Shown here: positions 42,001 through 54,373 of the stretch, one piece after another | How the letters are laid out: every line of letters starts with the position of its first letter | Numbering within the stretch: the first letter of the stretch is position 1 | Assembly (NCBI GenBank): GCA_028826165.1 | Contig: JAPDFW010000059.1 | Coordinates: forward strand, 806,001 to 870,000 | Origin: Anaeramoeba ignava BMAN | Taxonomy: Eukaryota > Protista > Anaeramoebae | Direction of reading: 5' to 3' | DNA length: 64,000 bases | Program-made: the position numbers and the translations under genes | Notes under the pieces: generated by a model | Seen by the model: the letters and a program-made list of their open reading frames with translations, nothing else | Database searches by the model: none | What the model was told of the DNA's origin: nothing

Positions 42001-43376
42001 TTTTATTTTTAATTTTTAAATTTTTAATTATAATTTTACAAAAATTGAAGATTTGATAAATTTCCTATTGAATCTGGAAGATGAGTAAATTGATTATAAC
42101 AAATATCACTATTTTCAAATTAAATCAAATCAAATCAAATCAAATTAAATCAAATTAAATTAAAAGAAAATTGGAAAAATTAATTTGGTTTTTATTTTTA
42201 CAGTGATCGAAGATTCATTAAATTTCCGATTGAATCAGGAATATGAGTAATTGAATTCCAAGAAGGATCTCTAATTGATTTAAATTTAAAATTTAAAATT
42301 GAAAAAATTTTTTTTTTTATTTTATCAAATAAATCTCTTACAAAATTTCTAATGAACTCATATTTCCAATTGAATCTGGAAGTGATTGAAGTTGATTATC
42401 ATCAATATCACTAATTTTTTTTTTAAAATTGAGGAAAAATGTTTGAATAAAAAAATTTTTTTTTTTTTTGGAATAATTTTTTCTTACAATATTTTTAAAT
42501 TTGTTAAATTTCCACAACTTTCTGGAATTTCTTGGATATTATTTGAGAATAAATATCTTTTAAAAACAAAAAAACAAAAATAGAAATTAATTAATAAATT
42601 TAATCAAATGAATAAATTTCTTACAAATTTTCTAAATTATTTAAATTTCCTATAGAATCTGGTAATACTGTTATCAAATTAGAATATAAAGATCTTTGAA
42701 TAAAAAGAAGAAAAAGAAGAAAAAAAAATATTTTTTTTTGTGTTAATTAAAGAATTTAGATCAAGAAAAAGAAAAAGAAAAAGAAGAAAAAAAAAAGTGA
42801 ACTTCTTACAAATTCTTTAAATTTGTTAAATTTTCAATTGAATTTGGAATTGAATAAATTTCATTTTCATCTAAACTTCTAAGAAAAAAGAAAAAAGAAA
42901 AAAGAAAATTTTTGATTTTGATTTTTTTTTGAATAATCTTCATCAATCCAAAACTTACAATTCTGTTAAATTTTCTAAATAACCAATATTCTCATGGATA
43001 TCACCAACTAAATTATTTGCTCTTAAATTTCTTTTTTTTTTTAAATTTTTTTTAATTAATTTTTAAAAAGAAAAAAAGAAAAATTTTTTTTTAATTTTTT
43101 AGAATGAATAAATTTTCGAATAATTTTAAATTAAATAAAAAATAATACATACATTTCAATTACACTACAATTATCACAAGTATTTAAATCACAATCGTTA
43201 CAAGAAATACCAAACCAATTGCAAAAACAAATTGATGAATTTAACCATTTATCATTATGAATCCAATTATTTCCATTTAAATTATTATAAAAATCTGTTA
43301 AAATTTGAAAAGAATCATTGGGGGATGATTTTGTCAATAAAAATAAAATGAAAAAAATTATAATTATTTTTCTCAT
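39086..43376 (-). CDS. LRR ectodomain, Cys-rich region and multi-pass TM receptor-like protein
   Basis: Signal peptide plus LRRNT cap (LTDFYNNLNGNNW..W..CNWFGISC); ~10 short exons each encoding one LRR; CKEGYTNRLCSEC; about 7-9 hydrophobic helices with GIP and YYWW..IVRKL motifs. Confidence 0.85.
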
Positions 43377-43587
43377 TTTAAAATAAAAAAAAGAAAAAAA
43401 GTGAAATAAAAAAAAAAATGTTTTTTTAAAAATAATAATTTTTTTTATTTAAAAAAAGAATTTGTTTTCTTATTCAAAAATAAAAAATAGAAATAAAAAT
43501 ATAAAATAATAATAATAATAATAATAAAAAGGGAAAAAAAGTGGAACAACAAAAAAAAAAGAAGAAAATTATTTTTCCTTTTTTTTT

Positions 43588-44181
43588 TTAATTTGTTTTT
43601 TTTCTTTGATAAACAGTTTTTCCTCTATGAACCTTACTGAGCTTTTTCAAACCAATTCTTTCGAAATATAAATCAACTCCTCGATAAACATTTTTTTTCA
43701 GTTTATTTGTTGCACTTGAAATGATTGTAAAAAATTTATCATGAATTACAATTTTTTCAGGAACATTTTTTAATTTTTTTTCATCTTCTGGATTGCAATG
43801 AGACCAACCTTCTACAAGATTTGTATTTGTATCAGTGAAGAAATTCAATTTTTTTGGAACTGAAGGTCTTGGTTTTGATTTTAATAAGGATCTTAACTCT
43901 TGTTTCCATTCTTTTGAGTTGAATTGAGACTGATTAATTTTGTCGTTTTTTTGCTTTTGTTTTTCTTCTTCAATTTGTATTTTTTTTTCTTCTTCTTCTT
44001 CTTTTTCTTCTTCTTCTTCTTTTTCATTTCTTTCTTTTGTTAAATATCCACTTTCTTGAATAGATTGTAACAAATTTTGGATTTTGTGAGCTTGTTGATA
44101 ATCTGAAAATGCTGAACAAATATCACCTCTTAAATAAAGAGTTGAAAGAAAGTGTGCAATTTCAATCTCTTCTTGCATCAT
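43588..44181 (-). CDS. Hypothetical protein (acidic linker, basic C-terminal domain)
   Basis: Intact 197-aa ORF of mostly ordinary composition; no family recognised. Confidence 0.65.
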   Translation of the reverse strand: MMQEEIEIAHFLSTLYLRGDICSAFSDYQQAHKIQNLLQSIQESGYLTKERNEKEEEEEKEEEEEKKIQIEEEKQKQKNDKINQSQFNSKEWKQELRSLLKSKPRPSVPKKLNFFTDTNTNLVEGWSHCNPEDEKKLKNVPEKIVIHDKFFTIISSATNKLKKNVYRGVDLYFERIGLKKLSKVHRGKTVYQRKKTN

Positions 44182-44549
44182 TTTATTTTTAAAAAAAAAT
44201 TTTTGGAAAAATAAAAATAAAAATAATAAAAATAAAAAAAAATAAGGAAAAGAAAAAAAATTGGAAAGAAAAAAAGTGAAATTTTTAATTGTCCGTTTTT
44301 TTTTTTTAAATTTAATTTTTGAAAAAAAAAAAAAATAAAAATAGACAACTTTTTAAAAATAAAAAAAAAAAAAAGGAAAAAAAAAAAAAAATAAAATATG
44401 TCCGATTTTTTAATTAATTTTTTAATAATAAAAATATTATCAAAAATTTTCATTTTATTTTAGATTTAATTTAAAATCCAAAATAGAAATAAATTAATTT
44501 TAAAAACAAATTAAAAAAATAAATAGGACAAATAATTTGGAATTATTTT

Positions 44550-45720
44550 AAAATCAAAAATATAAATAAATTATAAATAAATTATTAAATAAATTAATTT
44601 AAAATTATTAATAAAAAATTAATTAAAATTTAATTTAATTTTTTAATAATAAAAATAATAATAATAAATTTAATTTTAATTTAGAATTGATTTAAAATCA
44701 AAAATATAAATAAATTATAAATAAATTATTTAATAAATTAATTTAAAATTATTAATAAAAATTAATTAAAATTTAATTTAATTTTTAATAATAAAAATAA
44801 TAATAATAAATTTAATTTTAATTTAGAATTGATTTAAAATCAAAAATATAAATAAATTATTTAAATAAATTATTAAATAAATTAATTTAAAATTATTAAT
44901 AAAAATTAATTAAAATTTATTCCAATTTTTAATAATAAAAATATTAATAATAAATTTAATTTTAATTTAGAATTGATTTAAAATCAAAAATACAAATAAA
45001 TTATTTATAAATTATTAAATAAATTAATTTAAAATTATTAATAAAAATTAATTAAAATTTAATTCAATTTTTAATAATAAAAATATTAATAATAAATTTA
45101 ATTTTAATTTAGAATTGATTTAAAATCAAAAATATAAATAAATTATAAATAAATTATTTAATAAATTAATTTAAAATTATTAATAAAAATTAATTAAAAT
45201 TTAATTTAATTTTTAATAATAAAAATAATAATAATAAAAATTTAATTTTAATTTAGAATTGATTTAAAAATTAAAAATATAAATAAATTGTAAATAAATT
45301 ATTTAATAAATTAATTTAAAATTATTAATAAAAATTAATTAAAATTTAATCTAATTTTTAATAATAAAAATAATAATAATAAATTTAATTTTAATTTAAA
45401 TTTGATTTAAAATAAAAATATAAATAAATTATAAATAAATTATTTAATAAATTAATTTAAAATTATTATAAAAATTAATTAAAATTTAATTTAATTTTTA
45501 ATAATAAAAATAATAATAATAAATTTAATTTTAATTTAGAATTGATTTAAAATTAAAAAAATATAAATAAATTATAAATAAATTATTAAATAAATTAATT
45601 TAAAATTATTAATAAAAAATTATTTAAAATTTATTCAAATTTTTTAATAATAAAAATAATAATAATAAATTTAATTTTAATTTAGAATTGATTTAAAATC
45701 AAAAATATAAATAAATTATC
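44550..45720. repeat. ~143-bp AT-rich tandem satellite, array 1
   Basis: TTAGAATTGATTTAAAATC marker recurs about every 143 bp (approx. 44681, 44823, 44967, 45109, 45253, 45396, 45536, 45682). Confidence 0.88.
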
Positions 45721-45928
45721 AAATAAAGTAATTAAGAAAAAAGAAAAAAGATAATTTGAGAAAGTGAAAGAAATTTCATTCCAAAAATGTCGAAAAGAAA
45801 AAAAGATAATTGAAAAAACCAAAAAAATGATCAAGAAGAAGAAGAAAAAGAAAAAGAAAAAGAAAAAGAAAAAGAAAAAGAAAAAGAAAAAGAAATGGAA
45901 TGAAATGAAAGAAATTAGAAATTAGAAA

Positions 45929-48059
45929 TTAGAAGAAGAAAAGAAGAGAACCAATCAATAATCCAAAAGATAAAATCATTGTAGATTGAGCATTAGTTGA
46001 ATGGCAATTCCAGTAAGCAGAAGTATAAAAAGTATCTTCATAATTTGTAGACATAGCACATTGAAGATTTTTTACTTCATTCAAACAATGATTTATAGCA
46101 CAACTTCCTAATTTAAATGGATCATTAAAAAGACATTGATATTCACCAAAACAACTTAATCCATTTTCAATTTCATTCATTGAATTGAAATTTCCAGTTT
46201 GTGTGCAAGTTGATGAATTACAATCACAAATTGTTCCAAATGGACAATCATCTCCATTTTCACAATAAATTGTATTTTCTATAAAGTTTTGGCATGTTCC
46301 TATTGGTGAAGGATTTTGACAATATAATCCCAATTTACATCCAAAATGAGTTGTACAATATTCTCCAATATCTCTTGAAAATATATCATCACATATAAAA
46401 TCTGTTGCATTTCCATTAGGCATACACATTCTAAAATCTTTACAAAGATTTTTATACTCATCACCACTTGAAAGAACTTGACTTGCAGATGTACAACTTT
46501 CTTCAAATTCAATTGATTCTGTACATTTATATCCTGTTCCAAAATCTCCACAAAAAGCTTCTTGTTCACAACTTGAACGACTTCCATTTAAACATGTTTC
46601 TCCTATTGAAATTCCTTGACATATTCCATTAGTGCAATTATTTGTTGTATAACATTGTTCATTTATTTGACATGAATCACCTGGTACTTTCCTTTTGTTT
46701 ATTTATTTATTTAATTAATTATTTTATTACTATTTTGAAATTTAAAAAAAATATAAAATAATTTACTGAAATCCAAGACATTCATTATTGTAACAAAAAT
46801 GAGATGAACAACTTTCATTACTTTCACAATAAGCTCCATTATTTTGATAAGAACATTTATAATCTACACATTCCAAAGATTGGTAACATGAAATATTTTC
46901 AGATTTATTGCAATATTCTCCAAGATGTGCAAATGTAGTTGGGCATTGATCTGAATAAATAAAATAAATTAAATTTAAAAAAGGATAATTAAAATAAATT
47001 AAATTAAAATAAAATAAATTAAATCATTAATAAATTACTATTTGAATGGCAATTCCAATAAGCAGAAGTATAAAAAGTATCTTCATAATTTGTAGACATA
47101 GCACATTGAAGATTTTTTACTTCATTCAAACAATGATTTATAGCACAACTTCCTAATTTAAATGGATCATTGAAAAGACATTGATATTCACCAAAACAAT
47201 TTAATCCATTTTCAATTTCATTCATTGAATTGAAATTTCCAGTTTGTGTGCAAGTTGATGAATTACAATCACAAGTTGTTCCAAATGGACAATCATCTCC
47301 ATTTTCACAATAAATTGTGTTTTCTATAAAGTTTTGGCATGTTCCTATTGGTGAAGGATTTTGACAATATAATCCCAATTTACATCCAAAATGAGTTGTA
47401 CAATATTCTCCAATATCTCTTGAAAATATATCATCACATATAAAATCTGTTGCATTTCCATTAGGCATACACATTCTAAAATCTTTACAAAGATTTTTAT
47501 ACTCATCACCACTTGAAAGAACTTGACTTGCAGCTGTACAACTTTCTCCAAATTCAATTGATTCTGTACATTTATATCCTGTTCCAAAATCTCCACAAAA
47601 AGCTTCTTGTTTGCAACTTGAACGACTTCCATTTAAACATGTTTCTCCTATTGAAATACCTTGACATATTCCATTATTACAATTATTTGTTGTATAACAT
47701 TGTTCATTTATTTGACATGAATCACCTGGTACTTTCCTTTTGTTTATTTATTTATTATTATTATTTATTTTATTATTTATTTATAATTATTTTGAAATTT
47801 AAAAAAAATATAAAATAATTTACTGAAATCCAAGACATTCATTATTGTAACAAAAATGAGATGAACAACTTTCATTGCTTTCACAATAAGCTCCATTATT
47901 TTGATAAGAACATTTATAATCTACACATTCCAAAGATTGGTAACATGAAATATTTTCAGATTTATTGCAATATTCTCCAAGATGTGCAAATGTAGTTGGG
48001 CATTGATCTGAATAAAGTGCCAAAGTTAAGATAATAATAAAAAAAGCAATAAATTTCAT
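45929..48059 (-). CDS. Cys-rich surface protein with an internally duplicated module, signal peptide and GPI-like C-terminal signal (4 exons)
   Basis: Starts MKFIAFFIIILTLALYSDQCP; two nearly identical Cys-rich modules are joined in frame by intron 47038-46951; ends AQSTMILSFGLLIGSLLFFF. Confidence 0.8.
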
Positions 48060-48144
48060 TTTAGAAAAAATAAATTTTTGAAAGAAGAGCAAAAATGATT
48101 TTTTAAATTAAAAAAAAAATAATCTTGCCCAAATAAATAAACTA

Positions 48145-48990
48145 AAAAATTAATTAAAATTTAATCTAATTTTTTAATAATAAAAATAATAATAATAAAT
48201 TTAATTTTAATTTAGATTTGATTTTAAAATCAAAAATATAAATAAATTATAAATAAATTGTCAAATAAATTAATTTAAAATTATTAATAAAAAATTAATT
48301 AAAATTTAATCCAATTTTTTAATAATAAAAATAATAATAATAAATTTAATTTTAATTTAGATTTGATTTAAAATCAAAAATATAAATAAAATATAAATAA
48401 ATTATTAAATAAATTAATTTAAAATTATTAATAAAAATTAATTAAAATTTAATTTAATTTTTAATAATAAAAATAATAATAATAAATTTAATTTTAATTT
48501 AGAATTATTTTAAAATCAAAAAAATATAAATAAATTATAAATAAATTATCTAATAAATTAATTTAAAATTATTAATAAAAAGTTTAATTAAAATTTAATT
48601 CAATTTTTAATAATAAAAATAATAATAATAAATTTAATTTTAATTTAGAATTATTTTAAAATCAAAAATATAAATAAATTATAAATAAATTATTTAATAA
48701 ATTAATTTAAAATTATTAATAAAAAATTAATTAAAATTTAATTCAATTTTTTAATAATAAAAATAATAATAATAAATTTAATTTTAATTTGAAATTGATT
48801 TAAAATTAAAAATATAAATAAATTATAAATAAATTATTTAATAAATTAATTTAAAATTATTAATAAAAGTTTAATTAAAATTTGTTCTTTTTTTTATTAT
48901 TAAAAAAAAGAACAAATTTTAATTTTAATTTAGAATTATTTTAAAATCAAAAGTATAAATAAATTATAAATAAATTATCAAATAAATTAA
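48145..48990. repeat. ~143-bp satellite, array 2
   Basis: Same unit as array 1. Confidence 0.85.
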
Positions 48991-49174
48991 TTAAGAAAAA
49001 AGAAAAAAGATAATTTGAGAAAGTGAAAGAAATTTCATTCCAAAAATGTCGAAAAGAAAAAAAGATAATTGAAAAAATCAAAAAAATGATCAAGAAGAAA
49101 AAGAAAAATCAAAAAAATGATCAAGAAAAAGAAAAAGAAAAAGAAATGAAATGAAAGAAATTAGAAATTAGAAA

Positions 49175-51231
49175 TTAGAAGAAGAAAAGAAGAGAACCAA
49201 TCAATAATCCAAAAGATAAAATCATTGTAGATTGAGCTCCATTTCCTTTACAATCCCAATAATAAGGAGGATAAAAAGTATCTTTATGATCTGTAGACAT
49301 AGCGCATTCAAGAGCTTTCAATTCATCCAAGCAATTACTCATAGCACAACTTCCTAAATGATAGGGATTATTGAAAACGCAATGATATTGACCAAAACAA
49401 CTTAATCCATTTTGAATTTCATTCATTGAATTGAAATTTCCAGTTTGTGTACAAGTTGCTGAATTGCAATCACAAGCTGTTCCAAATGGACAATCATCAT
49501 TTTTAGAACAAGTGACAGTGTTTTCTGCAAAATTTTGGCAAGTTCCTATTGGTGAAGGATTTTGACAATATAATCCCAATTTACATCCAAAAGATTGTGA
49601 GCAATATCCACCAACATCTCTTGAAAACAAATCACCACATATAGCACCTGTTTGTGTTTCATCTGGCATACATAATCTGAAATCTTTACAAAGATTCATC
49701 ATTTCTTCACCACTTGAAGTAACTTGACTTGCAGCTAAACAACTTGCTCCAGGATTAATAGATTCTGTACATACAAATCCTGATCCAAAATCTCCACAAA
49801 AAGCACCTTTTTGACAAGTTGATGTGCTACCATTTGTGCAAGGTTCTCCTATTGAAATTCCTTGACATACTCCATTAGTGCAATTATTTGTTGTATAACA
49901 TTGTTGATTTATTTGACATGAATCACCTGGTATTTGACTTTTTTGTTATTTATTATTTATAAAATAAATTGGAATAAAATAAATTGAAATAAAATAAATC
50001 AGAATAAAATAAATTGGAATAAAATAAATTGAAATAAAATAAATCAAAATAAAATAAATTGAAATAAAAAATTGAAATAAAATAAATTGAAATAAAATAA
50101 ATCAAAATAAAATAAATTGATATAAAATAAATCAGAATAAAATAAATTCGAATAAAATAAATTGAAATAAAATAAATTGGAATAAAATAAATTGAAATAA
50201 AATAAATCAATATAAAATAAATTGAAATAAAATAAATTGGAATAAAATAAATTGGAATAAAATAAATTGGAATAAAATAAATTGGAATAAAATAAATCAA
50301 AATAAAATAAATCGAAATAAAATAAATTGAAATAAAATAAATTCGAATAAAATAAATTGGAATAAAATAAATTGAAATAATAAATTGAAATAAAATAAAT
50401 TGGAATAAAATAAATTGGAATAAAATAAATGGAAAAAAAAATTGGAATAAAAAAAAATAAAAATAAAAAATAAATTGGAATAAAATAAATTGGAATAAAA
50501 TAAATTGGAATAAAATATAAATTGAAATAAATTCAGGAATAAAATAAATTGAAATAAAATAAATTGGAATAAAAATAAATTGGAATAAAATAAAATAAAT
50601 TGGAATAAAATAAATCAAAATAAATTGAAATAAAATAAATTGAAATAAAATAAATAAAATAAAATAATATAAAATAAATTAAAATAAAATAAAAATAAAA
50701 TAAATTGAAATAAAATAAATTGGAATAAAATAAATTGGAATAAAATAAATTGAAATAAAATAAATTGAAATAAAATAAATTGGAATAAAATAAATCAGAA
50801 TAAAATAAATTGAAATAAAATAAATCAAAATAAAATAAATTGGAATAAAATAAATTGGAATAAAATAAATTGGAATAAAATAAATTGGAATAAAATAAAT
50901 TGAAATAAAATAAATCAAAATAAAATAAATTGGAATAAAATAAATTGAAATAAAAAAAATTGGAATAAAATAAATTGAAATAAAAAGAATACTTACCCAA
51001 CTGAAAGACATACACTGTTATAACAAACTTGTGATGAGCAATTATCATTACCTTGACAAGAAGCTCCATCATTTTGATAAGAACAAACATTGTTGGTACA
51101 CTCCAAAAATCATAACATGAAATATCTTGAGAATTGTTACAATATTCTCCAAGATGTGCAAATGTGTTTGGACATTGATAAGAGAAAGTTGTCAAAAATA
51201 AGAAAATTAAAAGAAAACCAAAAAAATTCAT
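49175..51231 (-). CDS. Single-module Cys-rich GPI-type surface protein paralog (apparent 1-nt frameshift near 51107)
   Basis: MNFFGFLLIFLFLTTFSYQCPNTFAHLGEYC..; adding one T in the T-run restores YDFLECTNNVCSYQNDGA. Intron ~50996-49938. Same C-terminal hydrophobic signal as the paralog. Confidence 0.75.
49955..50990. repeat. 15-mer (AAATTGGAATAAAAT)n array inside an intron
   Basis: Visible repeat; it explains the spurious YFIPI/NLFY ORFs. Confidence 0.85.
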
Positions 51232-51479
51232 TTCAAAAAAAAATAAATCCTTTCAAAAATAAGAAAAAGAATGAATTTTTAAATTAAAAAAAAAAATAAT
51301 TTTTTATTTAAAATTTGATCAAAAACAAAAAATTAAAAAAAAAACCAAAAAAAAAAAACAACAACACTTGCCCAAATAAATAAAACTTTAAAAGAAATTT
51401 TGAAGTAATCAAAAATAATTTTGCTTTTTTTTCATTTATTCAATTAATTTTCTTTTAAATTTAATTATTTAATAAATTT

Positions 51480-52620
51480 CGAAATTTAATTTAATTTTTT
51501 AATAATAAAAATAATAATAGTAAATTTAATTTTAATTTATAATTGATTTGAAATCAAAAATATAAATAAATTATAAATAAATTATTTAATAAATTAATTT
51601 AAAATTATTAATAAAAAATTAATTAAAATTTAATCTAATTTTTTAATAATAAAAATAATAATAATAAATTTAATTTTAATTTATAATTGATTTGAAATCA
51701 AAAATATAAATAAATTATAAATAAATTATTTAATAAATTAATTTAAAATTATTAATAAAAAATTAATTAAAATTTAATCCAATTTTTTAATAATAAAAAT
51801 AATAATAATAAATTTAATTTTAATTTGAAATTATTTTAAAATCAAAAATATAAATAAAATATAAATAAATTATTTAAATAAATTAATTTAAAATTATTAA
51901 TAAAAAAATTAATTAAAATTTAGTTCAATTTTTTAATAATAAAAATAATAATAATAAATTTAATTTTAATTTAGAATTATTTTAAAATTAAAAATATAAA
52001 TAAATTATTTAATAAATTATTTAATAAATTAATTTAAAATTATTAATAAAAATTAATTAAAATTTAATCTAATTTTTAATAATAAAAATAATAATAGTAA
52101 ATTTAATTTTAATTTAGAATTATTTTAAAATCAAAAGTATAAATAAATTATAAATAAATTATTAAATAAATTAATTTAAAATTATTAATAAAAAAATTAA
52201 TTAAATTTTAATCCAATTTTTTAATAATAAAAATAATAATAGTAAATTTAATTTTAATTTGGAATTAATTTAAAATCAAAAATATAAATAAAATATTTAT
52301 AAATTATTAATAAATTAATTTAAAATTATTAATAAAAAATTAATTAAAATTTAATTTAATTTTTTAATAATAAAAATATTAATAATAAATTTAATTTTAA
52401 TTTAGATTTGATTTAAAATTAAAAATATAAATAATTTATATTTTATAAAATAAATTAATTTAAAATTATTAATAAAAATTAATTAAAATTTAATTTAATT
52501 TTTAATAATAAAAATAAAATAATAAATTAAATTTTAATTTATAATTGATTTTTAAAAATAAAAATATAATAAATTTATTTTAATTTGGAATTATTTTAAA
52601 ATTAAAAATATAAATTAATT
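51480..52620. repeat. ~143-bp satellite, array 3
   Basis: Same unit as arrays 1 and 2. Confidence 0.85.
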
Positions 52621-52639
52621 TAAAAAAATTTTTAAAAAT

Positions 52640-52688
52640 TTTTCATTTTTTCATTTTTCATTTTTTCATTTTTCATTTTTTCATTTAA
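52640..52688 (+). promoter_or_regulatory. Tandem TCATTTTT initiator-like array directly upstream of an ATG (example of a window-wide motif)
   Basis: About six TCATTT copies before ATG 52689; the same sense-strand motif precedes most genes in the window. Confidence 0.6.
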
Positions 52689-53110
52689 ATGCTTACAAAA
52701 TTTGTTATTAAAACATCAGTAGATGTAACTCTTGTTGCTGCAATTACATCAGCAGTTAGAAGAGCAGCAGCAATTACGTAAAAAAAATTTGAAATTTTTT
52801 TTTACTTTAAATTTTATTTTGAAATTCTTTTTAAAATTGTTAATAAAAAAAATAAAAAAGAATTGATACATCCTCAATTGAAAACAACACACTAAGAAGC
52901 TTAACTAACGGGTTTCTAAGTTTAGGAGATTATGTTGTTGATACTGGAATTGGAGTAAATTAACCAAATTAATTTTTTATTCAAATTCTAAATTTAACGG
53001 AAAAAAACTTTTTATTAATTTTTTGATTATTTTTTATTCATTTTTAGTTTTATAACTCTTTGACATCTAAAACACCAAAAAAAAACACAAAAAAACCAAA
53101 TGATCCATAA
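52689..53110 (+). CDS. Small 3-exon protein (~80 aa), DUF1748-like
   Basis: MLTKFVIKTSVDVTLVAAITSAVRRAAAIT|IDTSSIENNTLRSLTNGFLSLGDYVVDTGIG|FYNSLTSKTPKKNTKKPNDP*. GT-AG introns; TCATTTT array upstream. Family call is from memory of the motif pattern. Confidence 0.65.
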
Positions 53111-53297
53111 TTTTCTTTCTTCTTTTTTTTTTCCCTTTTTTTGATCAAAATTTTTCACTTTTTTTTTTTTTCTTTTCAAAAAAAAATGAATTAAAATGGA
53201 TTGAATTCAAATTGGTTTATTTTTTAATTTTTATTATTTAAATTTGAAAAAAAACTAAAGATTGTTTTTGTTTTTGTTTTTGTTTTTGTTTTTGAAA

Positions 53298-54213
53298 TTA
53301 ATTCAATAATTTTAAAATTTTTGGTAAAATGATTTGTTTTGATTGACTAAAAAACATAACTTTCCAAGCAGCTCTTGAAGCTCTTAATTTTGCAACAAAC
53401 CAAGTTTTTTGGATAATTTCTCTCTTTTCAAGTTTCTTTTTGGAAAATAAAGATCGAATAAATAAATCACAAGGATAAGTAATTAAAGTTGATTCAAAGG
53501 CTGACAATCCACCTTTAAATAGAGCAATGAAACTGCGATAGAAAATTGGAGGGTTTTTCTGAGGGATATGTTTAGACAACCAATATGTGTTGGCTTGAAA
53601 TAAACTTTGCATTGTAGAAACATATAAAACTTCACTAAAAGTTTGACTTGAAAAATCAAGCAAAATTTTTTTAAAATCAATTTGCTTTTTTGTATTTTCT
53701 AAAATTCTTAAATTGGGAATTTTTTCTAGATTTTGATTGAGTTTTATAGCGTTTTGCTGATTATCTGATTGAGAACTATTAAAATCATCAACACAATCAG
53801 ATTTTTTGAAGTTAATCTAAAAAAAAGAAAAAAAGAAAAAAATTTTTTTTTAACAGAAAAAAGTGAATTTTTTTTTGGACTCAAGAAATAAGAAAATTAA
53901 GATGTACACAGAAAGCATTCACAGCAGCTTTTGAGATTCCCATACAAGCACCAACAAGGATTCCAAGTTTCCATGCATCTTTTTGAGTAACGTGAATTTT
54001 ATTACGCCAATAATGCTTCCAATTCTCATTAAAAATATCAATTAATCCATATTTAAAAAAAACAAAAGGTATGTTTTCTGTTTTCATTCCTAGTAGTTTG
54101 CACGTTATTTTATCAGATAAAACTGAACTTGTTCCACCTGAAATATAATAGAAACTGTTGGAAATGATTTTTTTTATTTTTTCAATGCTTTCTTTTAATT
54201 GATTTTGTGACAT
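53298..54213 (-). CDS. Hypothetical 2-exon protein
   Basis: ORF 54213-~53908 splices in phase 0 (TGT|GTACAT..TAG|ATT) into the frame of ORF 53298-53663. Confidence 0.6.
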
Positions 54214-54373
54214 TTTTTTTTTTAATTCAAATAGTAAGGAAGAAAAACTAAATAAAAATGAAAAGAAAAAATGAAAAATTTTTTTTAGGGAATTTTCAAT
54301 CTTTTTTTAAATCTTTTTTTATTATTATTTAAAAATGTTCTTTGTTAAAAAGAAAAATATCATCTTTTGTTGA

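Noticed and set aside
51100-51112. Frameshift in the Cys-rich paralog
   Set aside because: One missing T in a homopolymer restores alignment with the paralog; not called a pseudogene.
53455-53495. TYPCDLFIR resembling a mitochondrial-carrier signature
   Set aside because: Only one imperfect motif and no three-fold repeat; insufficient evidence.
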